Shown here piece by piece: positions 8,378 to 18,000 of a stretch of 32,000 nucleotides of DNA. The stretch is from assembly GCF_001457595.1 (NCBI RefSeq), contig NZ_LN831039.1, forward strand, positions 360,001 to 392,000. Reading direction: 5' to 3'. The first letter of the stretch is position 1. Every line of letters begins with the position of its first letter. The notes beneath the pieces are model-generated. The model had not been told where the DNA came from and searched no databases. It was given only the letters and a program-made list of their open reading frames with translations. The position numbers and the translations under genes are program-made. The stretch comes from Mycolicibacterium smegmatis. GTDB taxonomy: Bacteria > Actinomycetota > Actinomycetes > Mycobacteriales > Mycobacteriaceae.

Positions 8378-11170
8378 TCAGCCGGCCCACTCGATGGTCC
8401 GCAGCTGCCGGCGTGAGCCGATGCCCAGCTTCACGAACACCTTTCGCAGATGCCATTCCACGGTGTGGGTACTGATGAACAGCTGAGAGCCGATCTCCTG
8501 GTTGGTCAGCCCGTCGGCCGCCAGGCGCGCGATCTGGGCTTCCTGCGCGGTCAGCTCGTCGCCTGAGCTCACCGGTTGTTTGCGCACCTTCTCGCCCGTG
8601 GCCGTCAGTTCGCGGCGTGCGCGTTCGGCGAAGCCTGCCGCGCCCATCCGTGTGAACATGTCGAAGGCGACGCCGAGGTGACGACGCGCGTCCGGGCGCC
8701 GGTTGACGCGCCGCAACCACTCGCCGTACCGCAGGTGCGTGCGCGCCAGTTCGACGGCGATGCGCGTGCGCTGCAGACGCTCGATCGCCTCGGTGAACAA
8801 CGCGTCGGCCGTGTCGTGGTCGGCCAGCATCGCCCGCGCGCCGGCCAGCGCGCCCAGACCCCAGTCCGTACCGCTGGCACCGGCTTGCGCCGCGAGCCGG
8901 TCGGCGGCCTCCTCTGCGGCCTCGCGCCTGCCGGTGTGCACCGCGGCCTCGATCAGCTCGACCAGAGACCAGCCGCCGAACCCGAGGTTCTTTGTGCTGC
9001 AGGCCGGTCGGATCGCGGCGTAGGCCTCTTCGTAACGACCCGCGCCGTTGTACAGGAGCGCCGCGAAATAGCCGAGCACGGCCAGCAACCTGCCCTCGCC
9101 GTTGCGGTGGGCCATCGCGGTGGCGGAGTCGATCATCGCGATGGTCTCCGCGGTCGATCCGCGCCACGCGGCCAGGTGCAGCCGGTGGTACCGCAGCGGT
9201 TGGTCGGCGATCGCGACCGCGATGGCATTGGCTTCGTCCAGAAGGTTTCCCGCCGTGCCGAATTCACCGCTGAGCAGGTGGGCGCCGGCCCGGCACGACA
9301 GCGCGGCAGGCAGGATCGCCAGGGCCCCGGCGTCTCGGGTGTAACGCACCATGGCATCGGCGAGGCGCTCCATGAGCGTGTCGTCCCACAACTCGCCGAC
9401 GGCGGACTCCTGCACGATCGGGTACCCCACGAAGATCCACGGCAACACCGCGCCGTCTCCGTGCTGGGCAGCAGAACACCACGCAGTCAGCGCTTTTCGC
9501 AGTGGTACGGCAGCATCGCCGACGTCGCCCGTGAGGCATTTGGCGACGCCGTCGAGCAGCAGGGCGATCGGATCGTCACGTGAGGCGAGCCGGTCGACGG
9601 CGGCTTGCGCGGCCGCAGCGGTGGTGAGCAGGGCGTCCGGCGCGCCGAGGTGGCCTGCGTACATGGCCGCCGCGATCGCCTCGAGATGGGTCTGAAGGGC
9701 CAGTTCGTCGTCGAGACTCTCCAGACGCCGGGCCGCGTCGAGCAGCATGGCCGCGGCGTCCCGCAGTTGTGCGGGGCCGGAATCCTCGCGACGGCTGTGG
9801 CTGAACTCCATCTGGGCGCGCAACCGCGCGATCTGTGCGCGTTGCAGGTCCGACAGCGGACTGAGTTCGGCGATGGCCAGCAGTTCGTAGGCCGCCTGGA
9901 GGTCGGCGGCGTCCCGTTTGGCCTGTGCGGCGGCGACGGCCCGTGCGCCCCGCAGGTGAAGATCCGCGCTCAGCACTGCGGCCCTCTCGAGAAATGTTGC
10001 TGCCGCCGCTATCCCACCGCGGGTCTGGGCGCGGCCTGCCGATGCCTCCAGCTCGGTGGCGACCGCGTCGGATGGTCCCGCCGCGGCGTTGGCGGCGTGC
10101 CAGGCCCGCCGGTCGGGGTCCGTCACCGCGTCGGTGGCCTCGGCGAGTGCATGGTGGGCGGCCCGCCGGTCCTCCACGCTCGCCGCCCGGTACGCCGCCG
10201 AGCGGACCAGCGGATGGTGGAAGCGGATCCGAGTGCCGAACTCGATCAGACCGGCCGACTCGGCGGGCGCGAGTGCGGGCACCGCGACACCGAGGTGCGC
10301 CGCGGCGCGCACGAACAACGCGGCGTCCCCGATCGGCTCCGCTGCTGCCAGCAGCAGCAGTTGCCTGGCCTCGTCCGGCAGCGACCGGACCCGGCTGGTG
10401 AAGCTGTCCTCGACGCGCCCCGCGGAGCGGCGGCCTGCGATCGTGGAGAATCCACCCGCGAGTTCGGCAGCGGGTATGGTGCGCGGAACCTCCAGCAGCG
10501 CAAGGGGAATCCCGCGTGTCTCGGCCACCACCCGGTCACGCACCCGTTCGTCGAGGCGGCCGAGAATCACGGAGTCCAGTAGTTCGCGGGCGTCGATGTC
10601 GCTCAGACCGTCGACGAACAGCTCAGGCAATCCGGTGAGCGCGGGTGCGCCATGGTCACGCACCGCGAAGATCAGGCCGACCGGTTCGGCGAGGAGACGG
10701 CGCGCGACGAATGCCAGGGTCTGCACCGACACGGAATCGAGCCACTGCGCGTCGTCGACGATGCACAACAGAGGCTTCTCGTCCGCCGCGGCCGCCATCA
10801 GGCTCAGGACCGCGAGCCCGACCAGGAAGCGGTCCGGAGTCTGCCCCACGCCCAGACCGAAGGCCACCGCGAGTGCGTCGCGCTGAGGTTCGGGCAGATC
10901 GTCGAGGTTGTTCATCAGGGGTGCGCAGAGCTGCTGCAGGCCCGCGTAGGCGAGTTCCATGTCGGATTCGACGCCCGCTACCTGCGTGATGCGGAAGCCT
11001 TTGGCGTGCTGCGCGGCGAAATCCAGCAACGCGGTCTTGCCGACCCCGGCCTCACCGCGCACCACCACAACCCGGCTCTGCGCCGACTGGACGTCGGCGA
11101 TCAACCGGCGCAACGCGTCGCATTCAGCGGCGCGTCCGTGTAGGGGCTGCCCGCGCCCGGCAATGTCCAC
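8378..11170 (-). CDS. Large LuxR-family transcriptional regulator with AAA ATPase domain (LAL/MalT-like)
   Basis: Walker A GEAGVGKTALLD, Walker B-like LLCIVDDAQW and C-terminal LuxR HTH LTAQEAQIARLAADGLTNQEIGSQLFISTHTVEWHLRKVFVKLGIGSRRQL. GTG start at 11170. Confidence 0.93.
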   Translation of the reverse strand: MDIAGRGQPLHGRAAECDALRRLIADVQSAQSRVVVVRGEAGVGKTALLDFAAQHAKGFRITQVAGVESDMELAYAGLQQLCAPLMNNLDDLPEPQRDALAVAFGLGVGQTPDRFLVGLAVLSLMAAAADEKPLLCIVDDAQWLDSVSVQTLAFVARRLLAEPVGLIFAVRDHGAPALTGLPELFVDGLSDIDARELLDSVILGRLDERVRDRVVAETRGIPLALLEVPRTIPAAELAGGFSTIAGRRSAGRVEDSFTSRVRSLPDEARQLLLLAAAEPIGDAALFVRAAAHLGVAVPALAPAESAGLIEFGTRIRFHHPLVRSAAYRAASVEDRRAAHHALAEATDAVTDPDRRAWHAANAAAGPSDAVATELEASAGRAQTRGGIAAAATFLERAAVLSADLHLRGARAVAAAQAKRDAADLQAAYELLAIAELSPLSDLQRAQIARLRAQMEFSHSRREDSGPAQLRDAAAMLLDAARRLESLDDELALQTHLEAIAAAMYAGHLGAPDALLTTAAAAQAAVDRLASRDDPIALLLDGVAKCLTGDVGDAAVPLRKALTAWCSAAQHGDGAVLPWIFVGYPIVQESAVGELWDDTLMERLADAMVRYTRDAGALAILPAALSCRAGAHLLSGEFGTAGNLLDEANAIAVAIADQPLRYHRLHLAAWRGSTAETIAMIDSATAMAHRNGEGRLLAVLGYFAALLYNGAGRYEEAYAAIRPACSTKNLGFGGWSLVELIEAAVHTGRREAAEEAADRLAAQAGASGTDWGLGALAGARAMLADHDTADALFTEAIERLQRTRIAVELARTHLRYGEWLRRVNRRPDARRHLGVAFDMFTRMGAAGFAERARRELTATGEKVRKQPVSSGDELTAQEAQIARLAADGLTNQEIGSQLFISTHTVEWHLRKVFVKLGIGSRRQLRTIEWAG

Positions 11171-11251
11171 AGCGTCCGTCCTTCACGTCCGCCGTCGGCG
11201 GACACCCACCCCTCGAGGAGATAGTAGTGATCCAGGGCAGATGCGGCACTG

Positions 11252-11698
11252 CTAGAGCACCACGGGTTTCGGTACCAGCACCACACGCCAGCCGTCGGGA
11301 TCCTCGAAGCTGAGCGCGCCGTGGTCGGTCCAGTACGGATTCTCGGCGGGCACGGGTTCGCACCCGTGCGCGGCGAGGCGTTCGACGACGTCGTACATCG
11401 CGGTTTCGGTCTCGAAGTAGAGAACCAGCAGATTCTCCTTCGACGGTGCCGGACAGGGACTTCCGCTGTGGCTGCTGGTGAACTCCAGGTGATACCGGCT
11501 GCCGGGGAGCCCGAGCATCACGCCGTCGAACCCGGCGTGGTCGGAGAAGCGGTACAGCACCGGCAGTCCGAGGATCCCGGCATAGAACCGCTCCACCTCG
11601 GCGAGTTTGTCGGTCGGGCGTGCGACGCGCACCTGCGCCACGCGCAGATCGGCAGGCCACGTGTGCTCGCGCGCTGTCTCGGTGGGTGTGATCGCCAT
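11252..11698 (-). CDS. VOC/glyoxalase family protein
   Basis: VRVARPTDKLAEVERFYAGILGLPVLYRF...GFDGVMLGLPGSRYHLEF...DHGALSFEDPDGWRVVLVP is a typical VOC fold pattern. Confidence 0.87.
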   Translation of the reverse strand: MAITPTETAREHTWPADLRVAQVRVARPTDKLAEVERFYAGILGLPVLYRFSDHAGFDGVMLGLPGSRYHLEFTSSHSGSPCPAPSKENLLVLYFETETAMYDVVERLAAHGCEPVPAENPYWTDHGALSFEDPDGWRVVLVPKPVVL

Positions 11699-11774
11699 GT
11701 CACCTCCATCTCGTGGGTCAACGACGCCACGCTAGAAGCTCAATGGCGGTTGAGGTCAAGGCGACTCGACCCGC

Positions 11775-12095
11775 TCAGCCCTCGGCGTGCTCGACCGCCG
11801 CGGTCACCTCAGGGGTCACCGGATCGAGCACGTCGTCGAAATCGTGATGTCTCGACACGTACTTCGCCACGTAGGGGCACACCGCGACGATGCGCTTGCC
11901 TGCCGCCCTGGTGTCGCCGAGTCCGGCCGAGACGAGTTCACCCGCGAGACCCCGCCCGCTGAACTTGTCGTCGACCTCGGTGTGGTGGAAGACGCGCTGA
12001 TCTCCGATGTCGACATAGAGCAGCTTGCCTGCGTGCTCACCGTCGACGGTGAGTTCGTAGTGGTGGGCGTCGGGGACATCACGGATTTCGGCCAT
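11775..12095 (-). CDS. Small GNAT-like N-acetyltransferase (YidJ/GtlB type)
   Basis: MAEIRDVPDAHHYELTVDGEHAGKLLYVDIGDQRVFHHTEVDDKFSGRGLAGELVSAGLGDTRAAGKRIVAVCPYVAKYVSRH. Start ATG at 12095; the longer ORF start at 12266 is unlikely. Confidence 0.87.
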   Translation of the reverse strand: MAEIRDVPDAHHYELTVDGEHAGKLLYVDIGDQRVFHHTEVDDKFSGRGLAGELVSAGLGDTRAAGKRIVAVCPYVAKYVSRHHDFDDVLDPVTPEVTAAVEHAEG

Positions 12096-12204
12096 GGTTC
12101 CCACTATGCCTGTGGAGTGCCACCGGATGACCGTGTCGGTCATGCCGCCGTTTGGCGCCGCCCGGGCCTGGCAATGTTGTTGCGGTGGGCCGACGAGGTA
12201 ACTC

Positions 12205-13806
12205 ATGACGACAACGACACCGGCGATGGGCGCCACGTCGACGTGGGCTCCGCTGGCCTCGCCCATCTACCGCGCACTGTGGATCGCCCAGTTCGTGTCG
12301 AACCTGGGCACCTGGATCCAGACCGTGGGAGCGCAGTGGATGCTCGTCGGGGATCCGCGCGCGGCGGTTCTGGTGCCGTTGGTGCAGACCGCGACGACGC
12401 TGCCGGTGATGCTGCTGGCGCTGCCGTCGGGCGTGCTGGCCGACCTGGTCGATCGGCGGCGTCTGCTCATCGCCGCGCAGGGCGCCATGGCCGCGGGCGT
12501 GGCGTCGCTCGCGATGCTCACCGGCGCCGGTCTGGCGACTCCCACGGTGTTGCTGACGCTGCTGTTCCTCATCGGCTGCGGTCAGGCGCTCACCGCGCCT
12601 GCGTGGCAGGCCATCCAGCCGGATCTGGTTCCGCGTGAACAGATCCCGGCCGCTGCCGCGCTGGGGAGCATGAGCATGAACGGTGCGCGCGCGATCGGCC
12701 CGGCCATCGCGGGAGCCCTGGTGTCGCTGTCGGGCCCCACCCTGGTGTTCGCGCTCAACGCGGTGTCGTTCGTCGGGATCGTGGCGGTGCTGCTGTTGTG
12801 GCGCCGCCCGGCCGCCGAACGCATGCTGCCCGCCGAGCGTCCACTGGCGGCCCTCAGCGCCGGCGGCCGGTACATCCGCAGCGCCCCGATCGTGCGACGG
12901 ATCCTGTTGCGGACCGTGCTGTTCATCGCGCCCGGCAGCGCCCTGTGGGGCCTGCTGGCGGTGATCGCCAAGGACCAGCTGAACCTCACGTCGTCGGGCT
13001 ACGGCGTGCTGCTCGGGGCGCTGGGGCTCGGCGCGGTCTGCGGTGCGTTCGTGTTGGGCCGACTGCAGAAGATGTACGAATTGAACACCCTGCTCGTCGT
13101 GGCCGCGACGGGCTTCGGCGGTGCGACCGTTGTGCTGGCGCTGGTACACAACGTCGCGGTGGTGCTCCTGGCCCTCGTCCTCGGCGGCACCGCATGGCTG
13201 CTGGCGCTCTCGACGCTGAACGCCTCGATGCAGCTGAGCCTGCCCGGATGGGTGCGTGCGCGCGGCCTTTCGGTCTACCAACTGGTGTTCATGGGCGGGC
13301 AGGCGCTCGGCTCGCTGTTGTGGGGCCTGATCGCGGGTGCGGCGGGCAGTGTGACGGCGCTTCTGGTCAGTGCCGGTCTGATGGGTGTGTGCGCGGTCTC
13401 GGCGATCTGGTGGCCCCTGCACGCACGCACCGGCAACCTGGACATGACACCGTCGGCGCACTGGCCGGAACCCGCGCTGATCTTCGAACCCGAACCCCTG
13501 GACGGTCCCGTGGTGGTCCTGGTGTCCTACCGTGTCGAGCCGGCACAGGAAACCGGGTTCTTCGAGGCCATGGCCGCGCTCGGCCGGTCGCGGCAGCGCA
13601 CCGGGGCATCTCAGTGGCAGCTGTTCCGCAGCGGCGAGCACGCGGGCACCTTCGTGGAGGCCTTCATCGTCCGGTCGTGGGAGGAACATCTGCGTCAGCA
13701 CCACACCCGGCTGACCGGCCACGATCTGCTCGTGGAAGAGACGGTCAGACGGTTCACGGTCGGAGAACCCACCTCGCAGCACCTCATCGCCGCCAAGACG
13801 CATTAG
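12205..13806 (+). CDS. MFS transporter (EntS/MFS_3 type) with C-terminal cytosolic domain
   Basis: LWIAQFVSNLGTWIQTVGAQWMLV, GVLADLVDRRRLL and about 12 TM segments, then a C-terminal ~120-residue soluble region (VVVLVSYRVEPAQETGFFEAMAALGRSRQRTGASQWQLFRSGEHAGTFVEAFIVRSWEEHLRQH...). Confidence 0.88.
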   Translation: MTTTTPAMGATSTWAPLASPIYRALWIAQFVSNLGTWIQTVGAQWMLVGDPRAAVLVPLVQTATTLPVMLLALPSGVLADLVDRRRLLIAAQGAMAAGVASLAMLTGAGLATPTVLLTLLFLIGCGQALTAPAWQAIQPDLVPREQIPAAAALGSMSMNGARAIGPAIAGALVSLSGPTLVFALNAVSFVGIVAVLLLWRRPAAERMLPAERPLAALSAGGRYIRSAPIVRRILLRTVLFIAPGSALWGLLAVIAKDQLNLTSSGYGVLLGALGLGAVCGAFVLGRLQKMYELNTLLVVAATGFGGATVVLALVHNVAVVLLALVLGGTAWLLALSTLNASMQLSLPGWVRARGLSVYQLVFMGGQALGSLLWGLIAGAAGSVTALLVSAGLMGVCAVSAIWWPLHARTGNLDMTPSAHWPEPALIFEPEPLDGPVVVLVSYRVEPAQETGFFEAMAALGRSRQRTGASQWQLFRSGEHAGTFVEAFIVRSWEEHLRQHHTRLTGHDLLVEETVRRFTVGEPTSQHLIAAKTH

Positions 13807-13845
13807 TGTGAACTGTGTCACCTCAGCACATTCAGGAGGTCGTCG

Positions 13846-14808
13846 ATGACGCGGACACACTTCGACTCCATCAGGGCCGGCGGTCTCAACTGGAGCAGCC
13901 TGCCCCTGAAACTCTTCGCGGGCGGCAACGCCAAGTTCTGGGACCCGGCCGACATCGACTTCTCACGCGACCGGGCCGACTGGGAGGCGCTGACCGAGCG
14001 TGAACGCGAGTACGCGACGCGCCTGTGCGCGGAGTTCATCGCAGGCGAGGAAGCGGTCACCAAGGACATCCAGCCGTTCATGTCGGCGATGCGCGCAGAG
14101 GGTCGACTCGGCGACGAGATGTACCTGACGCAGTTCGCGTTCGAGGAGGCCAAGCACACGCAGGTGTTCCGCATGTGGCTGGACGCGGTCGGGGTCACCG
14201 ACGACCTGCACTCCCTCATCGAGGAGGTGCCCGCCTACGTCCAGATCTTCTGCGAGGAGCTGCCCGCGGCCCTCGAAGCGCTCACCTCCGATCCGTCCCC
14301 GGCTGCGCAGGTGCGTGCCTCTGTGGTGTACAACCACGTGGTCGAGGGCATGCTCGCGTTGACGGGTTACTATGCCTGGCACCGCATTTGCGTCGACCGC
14401 GGCATTCTTCCCGGCATGCAGGAACTGGTGCGCCGCATCGGCGACGACGAGCGCAGGCACATGGCGTGGGGCACGTTCACGTGCCGCCGCCACGTCGCGG
14501 CCGACGACGCCAACTGGGCGGTGTTCGAGACCCACATGAACGAGCTCATCCCGGTTGCGCTGCGCCTCACGCAGGAGGGGTTCGCGCTGTACGGCGACGA
14601 CATCCCGTTCGGGCTGGAGGAGGGCGAGTTCCTGCAGTACTCCAGCGATCGGGGGATGCGCCGGTTCGGGACGATCAGCAGCGCACGTGGGCGCCCACTG
14701 GCCGAGATCGACGTCGACTACACACCGTTGCAGTTGGAGGACACGTTCGCCGACGAGGACGAGCGTGCGCTGACGGCGGTCAAAGCGGCCGCGGCCGCCG
14801 CGAACTGA
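13846..14808 (+). CDS. R2-like ligand-binding oxidase (R2lox), Rv0233-like (often annotated as ribonucleotide reductase beta subunit)
   Basis: Di-metal carboxylate motifs [40 protein letters not shown]. The Val (EEAV) and Tyr (TGYYAW) positions fit the known Val-Tyr crosslink of R2lox. RBS AGGAGG upstream. Confidence 0.88.
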   Translation: MTRTHFDSIRAGGLNWSSLPLKLFAGGNAKFWDPADIDFSRDRADWEALTEREREYATRLCAEFIAGEEAVTKDIQPFMSAMRAEGRLGDEMYLTQFAFEEAKHTQVFRMWLDAVGVTDDLHSLIEEVPAYVQIFCEELPAALEALTSDPSPAAQVRASVVYNHVVEGMLALTGYYAWHRICVDRGILPGMQELVRRIGDDERRHMAWGTFTCRRHVAADDANWAVFETHMNELIPVALRLTQEGFALYGDDIPFGLEEGEFLQYSSDRGMRRFGTISSARGRPLAEIDVDYTPLQLEDTFADEDERALTAVKAAAAAAN

Positions 14809-14825
14809 ACAGAACCGAAATGCTC

Positions 14826-14866
14826 GCTGTGGTGTCGGCGAACCCCTCCGTCGCCGACACCACAGC
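14826..14866. terminator. Strong bidirectional stem-loop between convergent R2lox and aftD genes
   Basis: Perfect 16-bp inverted repeat GCTGTGGTGTCGGCGA (14826-14841) / TCGCCGACACCACAGC (14851-14866), 9-nt loop, 17 nt after the R2lox stop. No U-tract. Confidence 0.75.
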
Positions 14867-15082
14867 CCTTGTGCACGCTGTGCGTGCCCGGGTTCGTGCC
14901 GACGACTCGCCGGATTTGCTGAAACGACAGCGGACCGCGGTGAGAACCCGGTTGCGCGCTCATCGTTGACCGACGTCTGTTCTCCCCCGGTCAGCAAACC
15001 TCGATGCCGCCGAAACAGCGCGTTCGATCACCGTAAGTACTGCACCGGCTCGCTGTCAACCAGTTGAGGTGGCAAGGATTGG

Positions 15083-18000
15083 CTAACCGGCGTGAGCGGA
15101 TGCTCCGGTGTGTTCAGGCTTAGCTGATCGGCCGTCTTCGCTCGGCTCCGGACGGTTCACCAGGCGGACCGCGGAGGCCGCGAGGAACGCCACCGAGAGC
15201 AACGCGAGGAACTGCACGCCGGGCGTGTGGCCGACGTAGCCGTCGACCGACCGCCACGGGTACTGACTCAGCACCGAACCCGCGAGGATCAGACCGCCCG
15301 CCGCCACGACGACCGTGACGTTGTCCCAGACTTTTTCGCCCGCGGCGCCGCGTCTGTTCAGAAGGATCCGCACGCCCATCGCGGCACCGACCACGAGCAG
15401 GCCGGCCACCCCGGAGATCGCCGTGCCTGCCACCAGCGCCGCCGCGCCGGTCAGCACCGGGCCCGGGTTCCAGGGCCGCGCGGGCGCGGCGGCCCGCACG
15501 GGCCTGCGCACCGGGATCAGTGCCAGAAGTGCCAGCAGCGGCAGGAGTGCCAGTCCGCCGATCAGTCCGACGCGGTACGGCATGTTCGACGCGAACGTGA
15601 GCGTCACCGTACCTTCGGTGCCCGCCGGGACCACCCAGCCCTGCTGCCACCCGTTGACCGTCACGGACTGCAGTTCCGCACCGGCGGGATCGTGCGCGGA
15701 CCAACCACGGTTGACGCTCTCGGGCACCACGAGCACGCGCTGCTGCGCCGCGGCGCTCACGCGCACCTCGCGACGGTCGGCGGTCCACGTTCCGGTTTCG
15801 GCCGAAGTCGTGGGCGCCGAACGGATCTCGTCGGCCGCAGGGGTCGGCAGCTCGACACCGTCGACGATGAAAGCGGCGCCGGGGCTCACCACCAGCTCCT
15901 GTTGGCCCGCGGGCAGCTTGACCGGCTCGGACCGGCACGGCCGTGCCGGGATCGGTTCGCCGTCCAGTAGCGCCCCGACCGTGGTGTGCACCGACGTCTG
16001 GATGAACTGGCCGGCGACCGCGATGATCGGGCCCTGGCCGCACGGCAGTGCCACCGCGCGCGACCGGTTCTTGGCCGCATCGGCCGCGCCGACGGGCGCC
16101 CCGCGTCCGTCGAGCACCGTGAGCTCGGCCAGCCCGGGAGGCTTGAGCTGGTCGAAACCCAGCGACGTGCGGTCGATGATGTCGTTCCAGGCCAGCAGCG
16201 ACACCGTCACGGTGTCGGTGACGCGGGGTTTGAGCGTCACTGTCCGCGGCTCGCCGTCGGCAGGAAGACGGTGCATCTGGGGTCCGTCGCCGAGGTCGAT
16301 CGCGACCAGCGTGGGATGCGCGGGCGGCTCGGTGTCACCCGGGACGATCCGCATACCCGAGACCTCGGTGGGTCTCGGCAGTTTGAGCGTGAGCGTGGGC
16401 GGGGTCTGGAACTGCACGACGCGTTGCGGCGCGGTCCACGACGTCCGCGGATCGCCGTCGGTCGCGGCGTAGGCCGAGCCGAGCACGTCGATCGGGTCGG
16501 AGTCGCCGAATGCCCTCGTGGTGTCCGGTTGTGCCACCAGATCGGCGAGGTTGGGCCCCTGACGCCCCCGGATCCACACCGTGGGCTGCACCTCGGTGTC
16601 CTGCGGCACCGTGAGGGTGCGGCTCAGGTTCACGGGTTCCTCGGAGGCCAGCGCCATCGCGGCGGCACACCGCACGCCCACCGGGCTGTCCGCGCAGCCC
16701 GGCCTGCCCAGCAGTTCGGTGCCCAGATCCCATTGCTGCACAACCGAACCCGCCGGCGGGCCGGGCACCTCGACGGTGTGGCGCAGCGTGACCGGATGCG
16801 CGAAGCCCGAAGCGTCGTACTGCGTGATCGCGAGGTCGGTGACGCCGAACTGCACACCCGGCGAACCGTCGTCGGTCGCCACCGCGGTGACCCGCACCCA
16901 CGGCGTCTCACCGACCGGCAGCGGGATCGTCAGCGGCTTGCCCGCGGTGTCGAAGCGCAGGCTGCTCGTTCCGGTCGCGGTGGCGATCTCGATGCGGCGG
17001 ACCTGCGCGCCGACCGCGGTCGCGCTCGGTGTGATGGTCAACGTGGCATTGGTGACCGGATGGTCGAAATCCACCTGAAGCCATTGGCCGACGGCGGCCT
17101 GCAACGCGTTGGACACCCACGCCGTCGAACTGTCGGAGTCGATGGCCGCGGCGGGTCCGGTCGCAGGCGCGACGTACGGCAGTGCGGTGGAGTCCGCCGC
17201 CGAACTCGACACCGACAGCCGTCCGCCGGTCCACTTGCCGTAGACCAGATCCGCGCCGTCGGACGGGTAGTCGGGCACGCGGTTGTAGGTGTGCCGCGCG
17301 TCGTCGGGGGTGCGGATCGCCGATGCGTGGTCGTCGACGCGGCCGTAGTCGATCTCGCGGGCCGTCGGCGTGTCGGTGACGATCACACCGTCGACCGGCA
17401 GACCGGCGCGACGGGCGTCGGCCGCGAGCAGCATCGGCCCCAGCGGGGGTTCCCCGTTGAGCCTGCGCCGCTCGTCGAGACGCAGCAGCGCCTCGGGGGC
17501 ACCCGCCACCCGGGTCATCGCGTCGCTGTCGACGAGGTAGGGGTGCATGGGCGAGCGCTGCTGAGAGGAACCGGCGTCGGCAGGCTCGACGCGGAAGATC
17601 TCGACCGCCGGATACCGGGGCCGCAGACCGCTGTCGGCCACGAAACCCTCCAGCGTGCCCGGCCCGACCGGATCGCCGAACTCGGCCACCTTGGTCAGAC
17701 CAGGTGAGCCCTCCACGGCCCGGTGCACCAGGATCGGGCGTGCGGACCGCGAGGTGTCCGGGTCCAGGTCGTTGCGTACCACGACGTAGGAGATCCCTTG
17801 TCGCGCAAGGGTGTCGGCCAGTCCTGGGGACGGCCGGCCGGAGGCGAACAGGCGTTGCACCGAGTCCAGTGCGCGGATCGTCTCGGGCGGTGTCAAGGGG
17901 ATCGAATCGCGGACGCCCCACGGGTTGTCGCCGAGCACCTGCAGCGGCTCGTCGTGGCTGTTGCCCCACACCTGGGTCGCGAACGGGGCGCCAGGGGCCA

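Noticed and set aside
9576-10582. 335- and 325-aa plus-strand ORFs opposite the LuxR-type gene
   Set aside because: Antisense shadow ORFs of a well-supported regulator.
12079-13860. 593-aa minus-strand ORF opposite the MFS gene
   Set aside because: His/Gln/Arg-rich shadow ORF antisense to a convincing transporter.
14970-15060. TGACCG...CGGTCA inverted repeat near 14970-14992
   Set aside because: Only 6-bp arms with a long loop, and much weaker than the adjacent 16-bp stem-loop.
15227-17707. Several plus-strand ORFs (247, 385, 573 aa) opposite aftD
   Set aside because: Mutually overlapping antisense frames with biased composition. AftD on the minus strand explains the coding signal.
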